NCBI GenBank assembly: GCA_963837465.1
Contig: CAWINB010000004.1
Location: forward strand, 266,853-330,852
Source: Candidatus Doudnabacteria bacterium
GTDB taxonomy: Bacteria > Patescibacteriota > Doudnabacteria > UBA920
DNA: 64,000 bases
Direction of reading: 5' to 3'
Made by a program: the position numbers and the translations under genes. The notes below the pieces were generated by a model that worked only from the letters and a program-made list of their open reading frames with translations, had not been told where the DNA came from and ran no database searches. This document shows, piece by piece, positions 18,720-29,079 of this stretch (within the stretch, counting starts at the first letter, position 1; each line of letters starts with the position of its first letter).

Positions 18720-19511
18720 ATGAATAAGCAATTGGTCTGTAAAAACCTTTTAGTAAGCTATTCGGAAGAAGCCCGAAAAGATTTTTTCACTACTATATTA
18801 TTTTTGCACGGCTGGCGTTCTAGCAAGGATGTTTGGCGCGGGGTCGTGTTAAGGATTAAGGATTCCTCCTTCACTAAAGTTTTGGCGGACAAGAAAGGAT
18901 TAAGGATTTACGCTTTGGATTTCCCTGGCTTTGGCGGTTCCCAAATGCCGCCGCGGGCCATGACGGTGGGGGATTACGCGAATATGGTCGCGGAGTTTAT
19001 CAAAAAATTGGATTTAAAAAACGTAATAATAGTGGGGCATTCGTTTGGGGGAAGGGTGGGGATTAAATTGGCCGCAGTTCATCCGGAATTAACCGGTAAA
19101 TTGGTTTTAGTTGACAGCGCCGGGTTTGCCATGGAAGGAACCAAAAAAAGTTTGATGGGAGCCGCTGCCAAAATCGTCAAACCCTTTTTTAAGGCCAAAT
19201 TCATGCAGCCGTTCAGAAGAAAAATTTATAAGCAAATCGGCGCCGAAGATTACCTGGCCACTCCGGAACTGCAAAAAACTTTTGTGAATGTTGTTGGCGA
19301 GGATTTAACCGAAGATATGAAAAAGATAAAATGTCTCACGCTAATCATCAACGGCGAAAATGATCAAGACACGACGGTTGAATTTGGCAAAAGGATGCAG
19401 TCCTTAATTCCAAAGTCCAGATTCCAAATCATTCCAAACGCCGGGCACTTTAGTTTTATAGATCAGCCCGAGGAATTTATCAGTTTAATTTCAAATTTTA
19501 TTAAACAATGA
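18720..19511 (+). CDS. Alpha/beta hydrolase
   Basis: FLHGW, DFPGFG, GHSFGG nucleophile elbow, GENDQ, AGH. Confidence 0.92.
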   Translation: MNKQLVCKNLLVSYSEEARKDFFTTILFLHGWRSSKDVWRGVVLRIKDSSFTKVLADKKGLRIYALDFPGFGGSQMPPRAMTVGDYANMVAEFIKKLDLKNVIIVGHSFGGRVGIKLAAVHPELTGKLVLVDSAGFAMEGTKKSLMGAAAKIVKPFFKAKFMQPFRRKIYKQIGAEDYLATPELQKTFVNVVGEDLTEDMKKIKCLTLIINGENDQDTTVEFGKRMQSLIPKSRFQIIPNAGHFSFIDQPEEFISLISNFIKQ

Positions 19512-19554
19512 TAAACGAATGCTAATTCTCACGAATTAGCATTCGCAATGACAT

Positions 19555-21000
19555 ATGACCTTTGATCCTTACAGGCTAATAAAATATCATCTCTATTTGC
19601 TCCAAATGGAGAATTACGAACTGGGACGGTTTTGGCAGCTGCTTTTTGGGCGTGGCTGGTTCCCAAAAAAAGAGCGGAGAAAAAACTTAGTTTGGACAGG
19701 CAAAGCGGTACTGCTTTTTATTTTGGCTGAGATTTTTATTTTGGCCGCGGCTCTTGTGTTGCTGCTCAAAGGGTTTTATACGCCCTATGCTTTGTGGTGG
19801 CAAAAAGCCTTTACGTTTTTGGTTGTAGTTTACATTTTGGATTTTTTCACCCCTGTTTTTTTAACCGCTGCGGTTTTAATTTTATGGCCGTTTGATTTTA
19901 CGGCCAAGCAGATAATTGTCGGACGGGCCAAATCAAAAATCAAAAATCAAAAATCAAAAATCAAAATTATCGGTATCGCGGGAAGCTACGGCAAGACTAC
20001 GATGAAGGAAGTGTTGAAAGAGGTTTTGGGTTCAAAGTTCAAGGTTTTAGCCGCTCCTGATAGTATCAATACACCTGTGGGCATTGCGCGGTGGATTTCA
20101 GATAAAGTTGAGGCTTCCGCGGAAATATTAATAGTGGAAATGGGGGAGCATTACAGGGGTGATATCAGGGAGATTTGCGGTATTGCAAAACCGGATATCG
20201 CGGTTGTGACCGGAATTAACCAATCGCATTTGGAGCGTTTTAAGACGATGGAAAATTTAACGGCTACAATTTTTGAAATAGTTTCCTGCGCCGGCCCGGG
20301 CGCCAAAATCCTGGTCAACGGCGATGATAAAAACGTAACGGCGGGTTATAAAAAGTTTGCTTCGCCGGACCGCGAAGTTACGGAGTATCAAGCGTCAAAT
20401 ATCAAACATCCGGCATTCAATGCGGAAAAGTTGGCCTGGGATTTTGAGCTGGACGGAGTTGGCAGAACATCGGTGGATTTATTGGGCGGATACGCGCTGG
20501 GCAACATTGACGCGGCGGCAAAAATCTCGCGGGAACTTGGAATGACGGGCGAGCAAATAAAAGCAGGCATCGCAAAAATTAAGCCCGTTGAACATCGTCT
20601 CCAGCCGCTTAAGGGAGCGGGCGATGTCTTAATAATAGACGACGCTTATAACGGTAATCCCGACGGCGCGGCCGAAGCCATAAAAGTTTTGTCGCGTTTT
20701 TCAGGCAGGCGAAAAGTTTATATTACGCCGGGGCTGGTGGAAATGGGTTCCGAATCGGCGGATATCCATAGGGCCATAGGGAGGCAGCTGGCGGAAGTTG
20801 CGGATGTTGTGGTATTAATTAAGAACAGTGTGACACCGTGGATAGAAGAGGGTGTTAAGGCGGGTAACAGGAAGCCGGAAGCCGGAAGCCGTATTCTGTG
20901 GTTTGCTACCGCGCAAGAGGCGCATTCATCTTTGAGAAATATTTTAAAGCCCGGGGATGTGGTGGTGTTTCAGAATGACTGGGGAGACAACTATTTATAA
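19555..21000 (+). CDS. murF: UDP-N-acetylmuramoyl-tripeptide--D-Ala-D-Ala ligase with N-terminal TM segments
   Basis: GIAGSYGKTT, VEMG, IIDDAYNGNP, PGLVEMG. Confidence 0.88.
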   Translation: MTFDPYRLIKYHLYLLQMENYELGRFWQLLFGRGWFPKKERRKNLVWTGKAVLLFILAEIFILAAALVLLLKGFYTPYALWWQKAFTFLVVVYILDFFTPVFLTAAVLILWPFDFTAKQIIVGRAKSKIKNQKSKIKIIGIAGSYGKTTMKEVLKEVLGSKFKVLAAPDSINTPVGIARWISDKVEASAEILIVEMGEHYRGDIREICGIAKPDIAVVTGINQSHLERFKTMENLTATIFEIVSCAGPGAKILVNGDDKNVTAGYKKFASPDREVTEYQASNIKHPAFNAEKLAWDFELDGVGRTSVDLLGGYALGNIDAAAKISRELGMTGEQIKAGIAKIKPVEHRLQPLKGAGDVLIIDDAYNGNPDGAAEAIKVLSRFSGRRKVYITPGLVEMGSESADIHRAIGRQLAEVADVVVLIKNSVTPWIEEGVKAGNRKPEAGSRILWFATAQEAHSSLRNILKPGDVVVFQNDWGDNYL

Positions 21001-21033
21001 TGAGCAAAAACGATAAAAATAACCTCCGGCCCA

Positions 21034-22174
21034 ATGCTTAAAAAGATTCTGCAAAAAATATCGGAGCCGCGTATTGAGTATCAGCCGCTTATTGAGGTTA
21101 GGGTTTTTAAGGATGCCTTGCTCCATAACCTCAGCCAGTACCAAAAAAAATACTCCCGGCTCAAGTTCGCGCCGGTGCTTAAAAGCAACGCTTACGGCCA
21201 CGGTTTAATCCCGGCGGCAAAAATATTGGACGTCCAGGCGCTGCCTTTTTTTATGGTGGATTCGTTTTATGAAGCTTTATTGATAAGGCGCGAGGGCGTA
21301 AAAACCAAAATTTTAATATTGGGTTACAGCCGGCAGGAGCAAATTTTAAACAACAAACTCAAAAATTGCAGTTTCGGCATTATAGATTTTGAACAATTAA
21401 AAAGCATCATCGCCAAATTAAAGCGTCCGCAGAGCTTTCATTTAAAAATAGATACCGGCATGCACAGGCAGGGGATACTGATTGATCAAGTTAAGGAAGC
21501 CATAGAGCTAATCAAGAACAACCCCAATTTTATTTTAGAAGGTGTTTGCAGCCATTTGGCGGACGCGGACGGCGAAACAAAAGATTTTACAAAAGGACAA
21601 ATAGCCAAATGGAACGGGCTGGTAAAAATTTTTAGACAGGAATTTGGCCAAATAAAATACTTCCACGCTTCCAACACCGCGGGCGCGGCTTACGCCGCGG
21701 AAATTGACGCTAATGTCAGCCGCCTGGGCCTGGGCCTTTACGGCATCAATACTTCGGAGTTTGAAAAACTGGATTTGAAACCCGCTTTGGAAATGGTTTC
21801 CATTATAAGCTCCTTAAAAACCATTTCGGCCGGGGAAAAAGTCGGTTACGGCATTACGTTTGAGTCATCGCGTCCGATGATTGTTGCCACCGTGCCGGTG
21901 GGGTATAATGAAGGCGTGGACAGGCGCTTGTCCAATAAGGGTTGTTTTAAAGTCGGCAATGTATTTTGTCCGCTTGCAGGGCGGGTGAGTATGAATATGA
22001 GCAGCATAGATGTGTCTGAACGCGCCGGCAACCAGGCTGGAAGATGAAGTTGTAATAATTAGTAAAAATCCGAAAGATAAAAATTCAGCGGAAAACTTGG
22101 CAAAAATGTGTGAGCGCGTTCCGTACGAAATTTTGGTGCATATTCCCCAGTCTCTAAGAAGGATTGTGGTGTAA
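21034..22174 (+). CDS. alr: Alanine racemase (one-base insertion at ~22019 shifts the last ~50 codons)
   Basis: VLKSNAYGHG, KIDTGMHRQG, GRVSMN; tail LEDEVVIIS...PYEILVHIPQSLRRIVV* in the next frame. Confidence 0.9.
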
Positions 22175-22232
22175 TAGCAATCCGCGGAGTTGCAGTCCCT
22201 CTCATGAACATTTACGGCCCAATATCAATCAT

Positions 22233-23423
22233 ATGAATAAAAACATCGGCGTATTTTTTGGTTCCGGTTCAACCGAGCATGATATTTCCATAATCACCGC
22301 GCAGTTGGTAATCGCGGGTCTTAAAGGTTTGGGTTACCAGGTTACACCGGTCTACATTACCAAAGCGGGCAAGTGGATGATAGGGGAAGATTTGGGTAAC
22401 TTAAAATTGTTTACCGATCCCCAAAAAAAAGTTGAAGACGAGAAAAAATATTTTGAATATTATTTGGATTTGGAAACATCGGTCGGCAAACTGGTTTTTA
22501 GGCGTAAAGGGTTTACCGGAAAATTTATTACTGTTGATTTGGCTTTCCCGGCCTTGCACGGAACTTTTGGCGAAGACGGCACAATCCAAGGCGTGTTTGA
22601 AATGCTCGGTGTCCCTTACGTGGGCTGCGGCGTGGCGGCTTCGGCTGTGGCTATGGATAAGGCGCTGACTAAAATTGTCATGCAACAAAAAAATATTCCT
22701 ACGACTAAGTTCCTGGATTTTACCAAAGCCGAATGGGATAGCGATAAATCCGAAATCATAAATCACATAAATCAAAACTTAACCTGGCCGTTATTTGTTA
22801 AGCCGGCGCACCTTGGGTCTTCCATAGGCATTGCCAAAGTAAAAGATGTTAAAGATTTGGAAAATAAAATAGAGGTCGCCCTGCATTATGACGAAAAAGT
22901 TTTGGTGGAGGAGTCCGTGGAAAATTTAATGGACGTAACCTGCTGCTTAATCGGCAACAGCAGTCCGCGCCCTTCACTTTTACAGGAATCAATTTTTAAG
23001 GAAGATTTATTTAATTTTGACGACAAGTATATACTCGGCGGCGGCGCGCAAATTGGCAAAGGCCAGAACAGTCTGGTTATTCCGGCCAGGTTAGACGCAA
23101 GCCAGACGTTGGCCATCCAGCAAACTGCCATAAAAGTTTATAAAGTTTTGGGCTGCAGCGGCATTGCGCGCGTGGATTTTTTATACAACAAACAGACCAA
23201 GGAATTTTTTGCCAACGAGGTTAATCCCATGCCCGGAACACTGTACCATCATTTATGGAAAGCCAGCGGTTTGGAATTGGATCATCTGTTGGCCGAGTTG
23301 ATAAAACTAGCTGAAGAAAAATACGAGCAAAAGCGCCAAATAAGTTTTAGTTTTGAATCCAGCGTGCTTACGCAACTGGGCGGAGTTAAGGGCGGCGCGA
23401 AAATTAAACCGCAGGCAATTTAG
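22233..23423 (+). CDS. ddl: D-alanine--D-alanine ligase
   Basis: STEHDIS, LHGTFGEDGTIQG, VKPAHLGSSIG, ARVDF, NEVNPMPG. Confidence 0.95.
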   Translation: MNKNIGVFFGSGSTEHDISIITAQLVIAGLKGLGYQVTPVYITKAGKWMIGEDLGNLKLFTDPQKKVEDEKKYFEYYLDLETSVGKLVFRRKGFTGKFITVDLAFPALHGTFGEDGTIQGVFEMLGVPYVGCGVAASAVAMDKALTKIVMQQKNIPTTKFLDFTKAEWDSDKSEIINHINQNLTWPLFVKPAHLGSSIGIAKVKDVKDLENKIEVALHYDEKVLVEESVENLMDVTCCLIGNSSPRPSLLQESIFKEDLFNFDDKYILGGGAQIGKGQNSLVIPARLDASQTLAIQQTAIKVYKVLGCSGIARVDFLYNKQTKEFFANEVNPMPGTLYHHLWKASGLELDHLLAELIKLAEEKYEQKRQISFSFESSVLTQLGGVKGGAKIKPQAI

Positions 23424-23512
23424 ACTGTTTCATCCAAAAGCGGTCATAAGATGGTGAAACCTAGGTTAGGCAACGCCTGTTTTACATTGAACTTGCGGAA
23501 AATGGATTATTT

Positions 23513-24259
23513 ATGATTGCCATGAACCTGAGATATGAAAAACAAAAACTTAAGCAAGGTTATAATTATGTAATCGGCTGTGACGAAGTCGGGCGCGGTT
23601 GTTTGGCCGGGCCTGTTGTGGCTGCGGCAGTGATTTTTAATCACTCAAGTGGACCAAAATGGCTTTCCCAAATTAATGACAGCAAAAAACTTTCGCCGGA
23701 AAAGCGTGAGTATCTTTGCGAAAAAATTAAATTACACGCCTTGTGGAGCATAGGCGAGGTTTCATCCGAAGTTGTAGATGAAATAAATATCCATAATGCC
23801 AGTTTGCTGGCTATAAAAAAGGCGATTGAGGGACTGATGAGTGTGCCCATCCCGGAATTTTTCAGGGCCTTATCTGAAAAATATCCGGGATCCAGTTCGT
23901 TGCTTAGTTCTGGATCCCTGCTCCATCCTTCACATAAAGCTTCGGCGGACACGGTCGGGGGCCGGGGTGGGACACGCGAATTATTCCTGTCCGTTGACGG
24001 AAAATTCAAAGTCCCGGGCTTGGACATGGACCAGGAAGCAATTATAGAAGGCGACGGTAAAATTTTATCCATAGCCGCGGCTTCTATTGTAGCAAAAGTT
24101 TATCGAGATGATTTGATGAAAAATTTTGACAACCAATACTCCGGTTATGAATTTGCCAGGCATAAAGGCTACGCCACCGAATATCATCGTTCTATGGTTC
24201 TAAAGCACGGACTGTCTCCAATTCATCGCGTAACTTTTTGCCAAAATCTTTTGGTATAA
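23513..24259 (+). CDS. rnhB: Ribonuclease HII with a ~45-aa repeat-derived insertion
   Basis: GCDEVGRGCLAGPV, DSKKL, IAAASIVAKVYRD, HKGY. Confidence 0.93.
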   Translation: MIAMNLRYEKQKLKQGYNYVIGCDEVGRGCLAGPVVAAAVIFNHSSGPKWLSQINDSKKLSPEKREYLCEKIKLHALWSIGEVSSEVVDEINIHNASLLAIKKAIEGLMSVPIPEFFRALSEKYPGSSSLLSSGSLLHPSHKASADTVGGRGGTRELFLSVDGKFKVPGLDMDQEAIIEGDGKILSIAAASIVAKVYRDDLMKNFDNQYSGYEFARHKGYATEYHRSMVLKHGLSPIHRVTFCQNLLV

Positions 24260-24369
24260 TAAAGTGCGGCCGCATTTTATTATACCAACATCAAACAGCG
24301 CAAGCACGCCGCTGACAAACAGCGGTTTTTGATTTATACTATGAGGAGCCACGTTGCTCAAACCCACAC

Positions 24370-24459
24370 GGAGAGGTGCGAGAGTGGTTGAATCGGACGG
24401 TCTCGAAAACCGTTAGCTCCGCAAGGGGCTCGAGGGTTCGAATCCCTCCCTCTCCGCCA
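24370..24459 (+). tRNA. tRNA-Ser(CGA)
   Basis: GGAGAGG...CCTCTCC-GCCA; anticodon arm ACGGT-CTCGAAA-ACCGT; long variable arm. Confidence 0.95.
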
Positions 24460-24541
24460 TCGCTTCGCTGAAGCGAAGCTAAGGCTGACAAAGTCCGCCC
24501 TTAGATTAGCGAAAGCGAGCATTCATAACAAAGATAAAAAT

Positions 24542-24914
24542 ATGTTTTACGTTTACAGTTTAAAATGCAGAGAAGGGTGCTATATTGGTTGTACTGATGA
24601 CTTGAAAGACAATTGGGCTGATAAAAAATTTGTTGAAGATTGGGATAATGTTACTTCTAAAGGGAACCCGACCAGACCTGAATAGCTGGATATTTTAACC
24701 TCGGTCATCGCGGCCAGTTATGAATCCGGAAGCTCGAATAGGTTGCGGCTCCGGGCAGGCAGAGGAAATTATTTTTAGGAAGTGTCCTCAGGCAAAAATA
24801 ATTGGCGTCGATTCTTCGGGGCCGATGCTGGAAATTGCCCAAAAAAGATTGGCTGATAATCAAAACTTTCAAGCCGTAAACAAAGACGTCTCGAAATTAA
24901 AATTTAATCTATGA
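24542..24914 (+). pseudogene. Fused remnants: GIY-YIG N-terminus joined to a decayed SAM methyltransferase
   Basis: MFYVYSLKCREGCYIGCTDDLKD, then in-frame TAG at ~24683 and IGCGSG...GVDSSGPML in another frame. Confidence 0.6.
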
Positions 24915-25426
24915 GCCTATATTTTTTACTCTTCGGTGATTTTTTGCTGCAGGAACCAATTTCGGCCGGGGCTCTTTTGTTGGAAGGCTATCAGCACCAT
25001 TATAATGTTTGGATAATCCATTTACTTTTTGTTATTGCCACGGTGCTTGATACCGCCTGCTTTTACTACTTGGGTGTATTTTTCCATAAAAAATTTTCTC
25101 ACGGCAAATTGGTTTTATACACTAAAAATAAAGCTGAAGCGTTTTTAAAATTTGCCGGCAAAAACGGCCAAAGAATCGCCCTGTTTGTTTACGGACCCAT
25201 TATATTCCCGATATCGGCTTTTATTGCCCCGTGGCTTGAAATATCTTTTTGGGACGCCTTGGTGTTCTTGTTTCTGGGTGATTTGGTTTTCTGGTACGGA
25301 AGCGAATGGCTGGTGGTTTTTGGAGTAAAAAGTTTTATACCCGATCCCCAGTGGGCGCTGTATTCGGTGCTGATAATTTTTACATTACTGGCTTTTGGGA
25401 CAAAATATTTTAGAAAAAGGCCCTAA
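24911..25426 (+). CDS. DedA/SNARE-like membrane protein
   Basis: ATVLDTACFYYLG and hydrophobic pattern. Confidence 0.65.
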   Translation: MSLYFLLFGDFLLQEPISAGALLLEGYQHHYNVWIIHLLFVIATVLDTACFYYLGVFFHKKFSHGKLVLYTKNKAEAFLKFAGKNGQRIALFVYGPIIFPISAFIAPWLEISFWDALVFLFLGDLVFWYGSEWLVVFGVKSFIPDPQWALYSVLIIFTLLAFGTKYFRKRP

Positions 25427-25483
25427 AAAAGACTTTGCTAAGTAGTTGCTATTTAATAAACCCAAGTTGAAACCGGCGACATT

Positions 25484-25690
25484 TTACAGTCGCCGGTTTT
25501 TGCGCACAAAAAGAGTCCCGTCTCCGCGTGTCGCAAGCCTCCTCTCCCAGCGGAATAAGGGGGAAGAGGCTAATTTTATGCAAAAAACTTTCCTCTTCCC
25601 GAAAGGGATCAAAATGGCTTTCTTCTTGGTCACGACGGCCACGCTGCCGTCGTCCCATAAAACAAACTCAACCACCTTTTTAATTCTCAT
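25484..25690 (-). CDS. Small basic hypothetical protein
   Basis: AAGGAGG Shine-Dalgarno directly before the ATG; hairpin at the 3' end. Confidence 0.5.
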   Translation of the reverse strand: MRIKKVVEFVLWDDGSVAVVTKKKAILIPFGKRKVFCIKLASSPLFRWERRLATRGDGTLFVRKNRRL

Positions 25691-25803
25691 TGAATCCTCC
25701 TTTATAAGGCCAATAAAGCAGGATAGTTAGTAATTTAAACTTAATCAAAAAATAAACAAAACTTTACAAATTTATCACAAAATGTTATATTTATAACAAT
25801 CTT

Positions 25804-26454
25804 ATGAGAACAATAGCCGGGCTTACAGAAAATCAAATTAAGCAATCCCCATTTCTTGAGGAGGCTTTGGGTTTGGGTATTATTAACCTTACTGCTTTGG
25901 CCAGAAGGCTGAAACCGCGGATTGAGGAAAAGAATCTTAAAAAAACCAGTGTCGGGGCCGTCGCCATGGCTTTGCAGCGGCTGGGCGGTAAATTAAAAAA
26001 ACAATCCGCGGGCAAAATTAAAATTTTATTGCCAAAAGATTTAACTTTGCGATCCAACATTACCGAATACGTTTTTGGACTCTCCCCATCGTTTGGCCGC
26101 CTGCAGCAGGAATTAATCAGCGGCTTAAAAATCCAGAAAGAAGTCTATATAACGACGGCGCAGGGGATATCGGAAGCGACTATTTTTGTAAGCAGTGGCG
26201 TAGCAAATAAACTCGAGCTTTTATTTAAAAAAGAAAAATTATTGTTTAAGCTGGAAAATCTTTCCATAATTATTTTAAGATTTTCCGAAAATACTATCCG
26301 CATGCCAGGCGTGTATTATAATATCCTCAAGGCCCTGGCTTGGGAAGGCGTGCCGGTTAATGAGGTGATTTCGGTGGGTAACGAGTTGTCATTGGTTTTT
26401 GAGTACAGCCAAATCGACAGAGCTTTTGCTGTCATTCAGCAACTTATTAAATAA
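25804..26454 (+). CDS. ACT-domain regulatory protein (aspartokinase-regulatory-like)
   Basis: GIINLTALARRL, PGVYYNILKALAWEGV, ELSLVF. Confidence 0.75.
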   Translation: MRTIAGLTENQIKQSPFLEEALGLGIINLTALARRLKPRIEEKNLKKTSVGAVAMALQRLGGKLKKQSAGKIKILLPKDLTLRSNITEYVFGLSPSFGRLQQELISGLKIQKEVYITTAQGISEATIFVSSGVANKLELLFKKEKLLFKLENLSIIILRFSENTIRMPGVYYNILKALAWEGVPVNEVISVGNELSLVFEYSQIDRAFAVIQQLIK

Positions 26455-26459
26455 AGCTT

Positions 26460-27611
26460 ATGAATAAAAAGAACTTAATTATTTTTTATCTCTACAGTTT
26501 CTTTGGCGGGTTTTATATTGCCAACGGTACTACGGTTTTGTTTGAACGCGTTTTGGGGTTTTCATATTCCAGGGTGTTTACGCTGGGCGCGGTTTATATG
26601 TTGATGTTTGTAATTTTTAATGTACCGGCCGGCGCGTTGGCCGACATTATCGGGCGCAAAAAAACTTTAATTTCAGGAAGCTTGGTACTGGTACTGGCTT
26701 CTTTGGCAACCGGAATCAGCAGGAATTTTATCCAAGTCCTGCTGAGCTTTTTTTTGTGGTCTTTGGGCTTTTCTTTAATTACGGGCGCGGACGAAGCCAT
26801 GCTTTACGACTCGCTTAATAATGAAAACGCTTATTCCAAATCCTGGGGGCGGGCCAGTTTTTACAGCCTGCTCGGCCTGGCCTTGGCCGGCATTTTGGGC
26901 CCGCTGCTGTTTTCCAAAAATTTCCGCTTTCCTTATTTGTTTTCCGCGGTGCCTTTTTTTCTGTCCGCCCTCTGTCTGCTGTTTTTTTCCGAAAATTCTC
27001 CCAAGTCCAGCCTGACTTTAACGCATCATCTGTCCCAAACTTACCAGGGAATAAAAATTGCCTTTAGCAATAAGTACGTGCTGTGGGCCATTGGAGTTTT
27101 GGCGCTGGTATTTGGTTCAATGTATACTTTTACCAATTCCTACCAGCCGTATTTACGGCAAATTGGCTTTTCCATTAAAGCCTTCAGTGTTATTTTGCCT
27201 TTAATGTTTATCCTGCAGGCTGCGGGCGGCCCCTTAGCCGGAAAGATTTACAGCAAAAACAGCGAAAATAAAATTTTTATTGCCGGCCTTTTGGCCATAG
27301 CCTTGAGCTTTGCGATTTTAGGGTTTTTTAACAGCAAGTTTAACCTGGCAGTATTATTGGCTTACAGTTTGGTGCAGGGCGTTATCCAGCCGGTCATAAG
27401 CACTTATACCAACCGGTTTGTGGAAACCAAATTCCGGGCCACGGTGGTTTCCGCGCAAAGCATGGTGGCAACGGTTGCCGCGGCTTTGCTGTTATTTTTA
27501 TTCGGATTTTTGTCAGGGCCTTTGGGCCTGGATAATTTGTTAATGCTTTTGGGCGTCTTGGTCCTGGTTTTTGGCGCGATGCTGTTGGTATTTAAGCCGG
27601 CAACGGAATAA
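26460..27611 (+). CDS. MFS transporter
   Basis: GALADIIGRKK motif A; ~12 TM segments. Confidence 0.92.
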   Translation: MNKKNLIIFYLYSFFGGFYIANGTTVLFERVLGFSYSRVFTLGAVYMLMFVIFNVPAGALADIIGRKKTLISGSLVLVLASLATGISRNFIQVLLSFFLWSLGFSLITGADEAMLYDSLNNENAYSKSWGRASFYSLLGLALAGILGPLLFSKNFRFPYLFSAVPFFLSALCLLFFSENSPKSSLTLTHHLSQTYQGIKIAFSNKYVLWAIGVLALVFGSMYTFTNSYQPYLRQIGFSIKAFSVILPLMFILQAAGGPLAGKIYSKNSENKIFIAGLLAIALSFAILGFFNSKFNLAVLLAYSLVQGVIQPVISTYTNRFVETKFRATVVSAQSMVATVAAALLLFLFGFLSGPLGLDNLLMLLGVLVLVFGAMLLVFKPATE

Positions 27612-27617
27612 TTTTTT

Positions 27618-28715
27618 ATGGCAGGAAAAAAAGTTTTAATCCTTCATAGCTCAGTGGGGCTTGGGCATAAAAGCATTGCCGAGAATATCGGGTTTTATTT
27701 GCAAGCGGCCGGGTACGAGGTAAAAATCCACAATGCCCATAAAACCCAAAGCGTAAAACTGGTCGGCATCAGCGCCGGAATTTATAACTGGATGGTGGAA
27801 CGCGCGCCGTTTGTTTGGAGCTGGCTGTATAATACCGGCTGGTTCATCAGCGCCACTCTGCCGCTGCGCGATGCCGCGGCAGGCTTAAATTATAAAAACA
27901 TTCTTGAGGTTATAAATAATTTCCAGCCGGACGCGGTGGTATCCACCCATACCACAACCTCGGCCGTGCTAGATTATTTGAAAGCTAAAAAGTTATATAA
28001 CAAAAAATTTGGTATTGCCTTTAGTGACTTTCATCTGCACCGCTACTGGCTTTACCCCAGGGCGGATTTTTATCTGGCGAACACAGAAGATCAAAAACGG
28101 GAAATGGCGCAGCTTGGCATAAACCCGGCAAAAATTTTTGTCTGCGGAGTAACGCTTAAGCCAAAAGCCGCGGTGGATGTGGCGGCTATCAAAAATCAAT
28201 TGTCGATAAAAGAGGGTGAAAAAGTCGCGCTGATCTCAAGCGGATCCATGGGTACCGGCCTTGATGCCGATTTTATTGATGCCCTGGCAAGCCAAACCGG
28301 AACCAAGTTGGTGATTGTTTGCGGTAAAAATGAACGGGCGCGGCAAAACTTGGAAAAAAAATTCAGCGGCCGGGAAAACGTCGCGGTCCTGGGATATTAT
28401 TCGCCCATGGATAACCTCTATGCCATAGCGGACATTTTTATTACAAAACCCGGCGGGCTTTCGACGGCGGAAGCTTTGTTCTGGAGGCTGCCGCTTTTGG
28501 TTTATTATCATTTGCCCGGCCAGGAAGAACACAACTATAGTTACCTGCTGCAAAAAAAACTTATAATGCCCAAGAGCGGCAACATCGCGGCGCAGGCTGA
28601 GCATGAACTGCGTACGGGAGCATTCAAGCAATCGCTGGCGGCAAATCCTGAAGCCGGACGCATCTTTAATAATGGACAAGCGGTTGTTGAAGCAGTAAGT
28701 AAGCGGCTGGCTTAA
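27618..28715 (+). CDS. MGDG-synthase/UgtP-like glycosyltransferase
   Basis: SVGLGH, DFHLH, TKPGGLSTAE, PGQEEHN. Confidence 0.9.
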   Translation: MAGKKVLILHSSVGLGHKSIAENIGFYLQAAGYEVKIHNAHKTQSVKLVGISAGIYNWMVERAPFVWSWLYNTGWFISATLPLRDAAAGLNYKNILEVINNFQPDAVVSTHTTTSAVLDYLKAKKLYNKKFGIAFSDFHLHRYWLYPRADFYLANTEDQKREMAQLGINPAKIFVCGVTLKPKAAVDVAAIKNQLSIKEGEKVALISSGSMGTGLDADFIDALASQTGTKLVIVCGKNERARQNLEKKFSGRENVAVLGYYSPMDNLYAIADIFITKPGGLSTAEALFWRLPLLVYYHLPGQEEHNYSYLLQKKLIMPKSGNIAAQAEHELRTGAFKQSLAANPEAGRIFNNGQAVVEAVSKRLA

Positions 28716-28860
28716 ATCCGCCGCACGGTCTTTAGCCCCTTTTTGGCCAATATATTAAGTTTCATAACCTTAATCCATGCCTTAAAACAGGTTTGACGTA
28801 ATTTTTTTAATGGTTTAATATACCAATATATTGGACTTTAACCCAGCCACCAAAGGCTAA

Positions 28861-29025
28861 AGAAACAGTCCAAAAAGTTCATTTCGGCTGTAATCCCATA
28901 ATTTCGGCTGTTTGTCATAAAAATTTTTTCCGCTTAGCTCTCTGGCTAAACATCAAAAATTCTTTATGCCAATCGTCACGTAATTCTGGAATTCCATCAC
29001 GAAAGCGACTTTCCGCGCTGTTTCT
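28861..29025. repeat. 165-bp dispersed element, copy 1 (MITE-like or structured RNA)
   Basis: Near-identical to 49216-49380; imperfect ~19-bp terminal inverted repeats AGAAAC...GTTTCT. Confidence 0.9.
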
Positions 29026-29079
29026 AAAACCAGCGGTGATATCCCACCTTTTATTAAGAGGGAAATTAACTTTACAACA

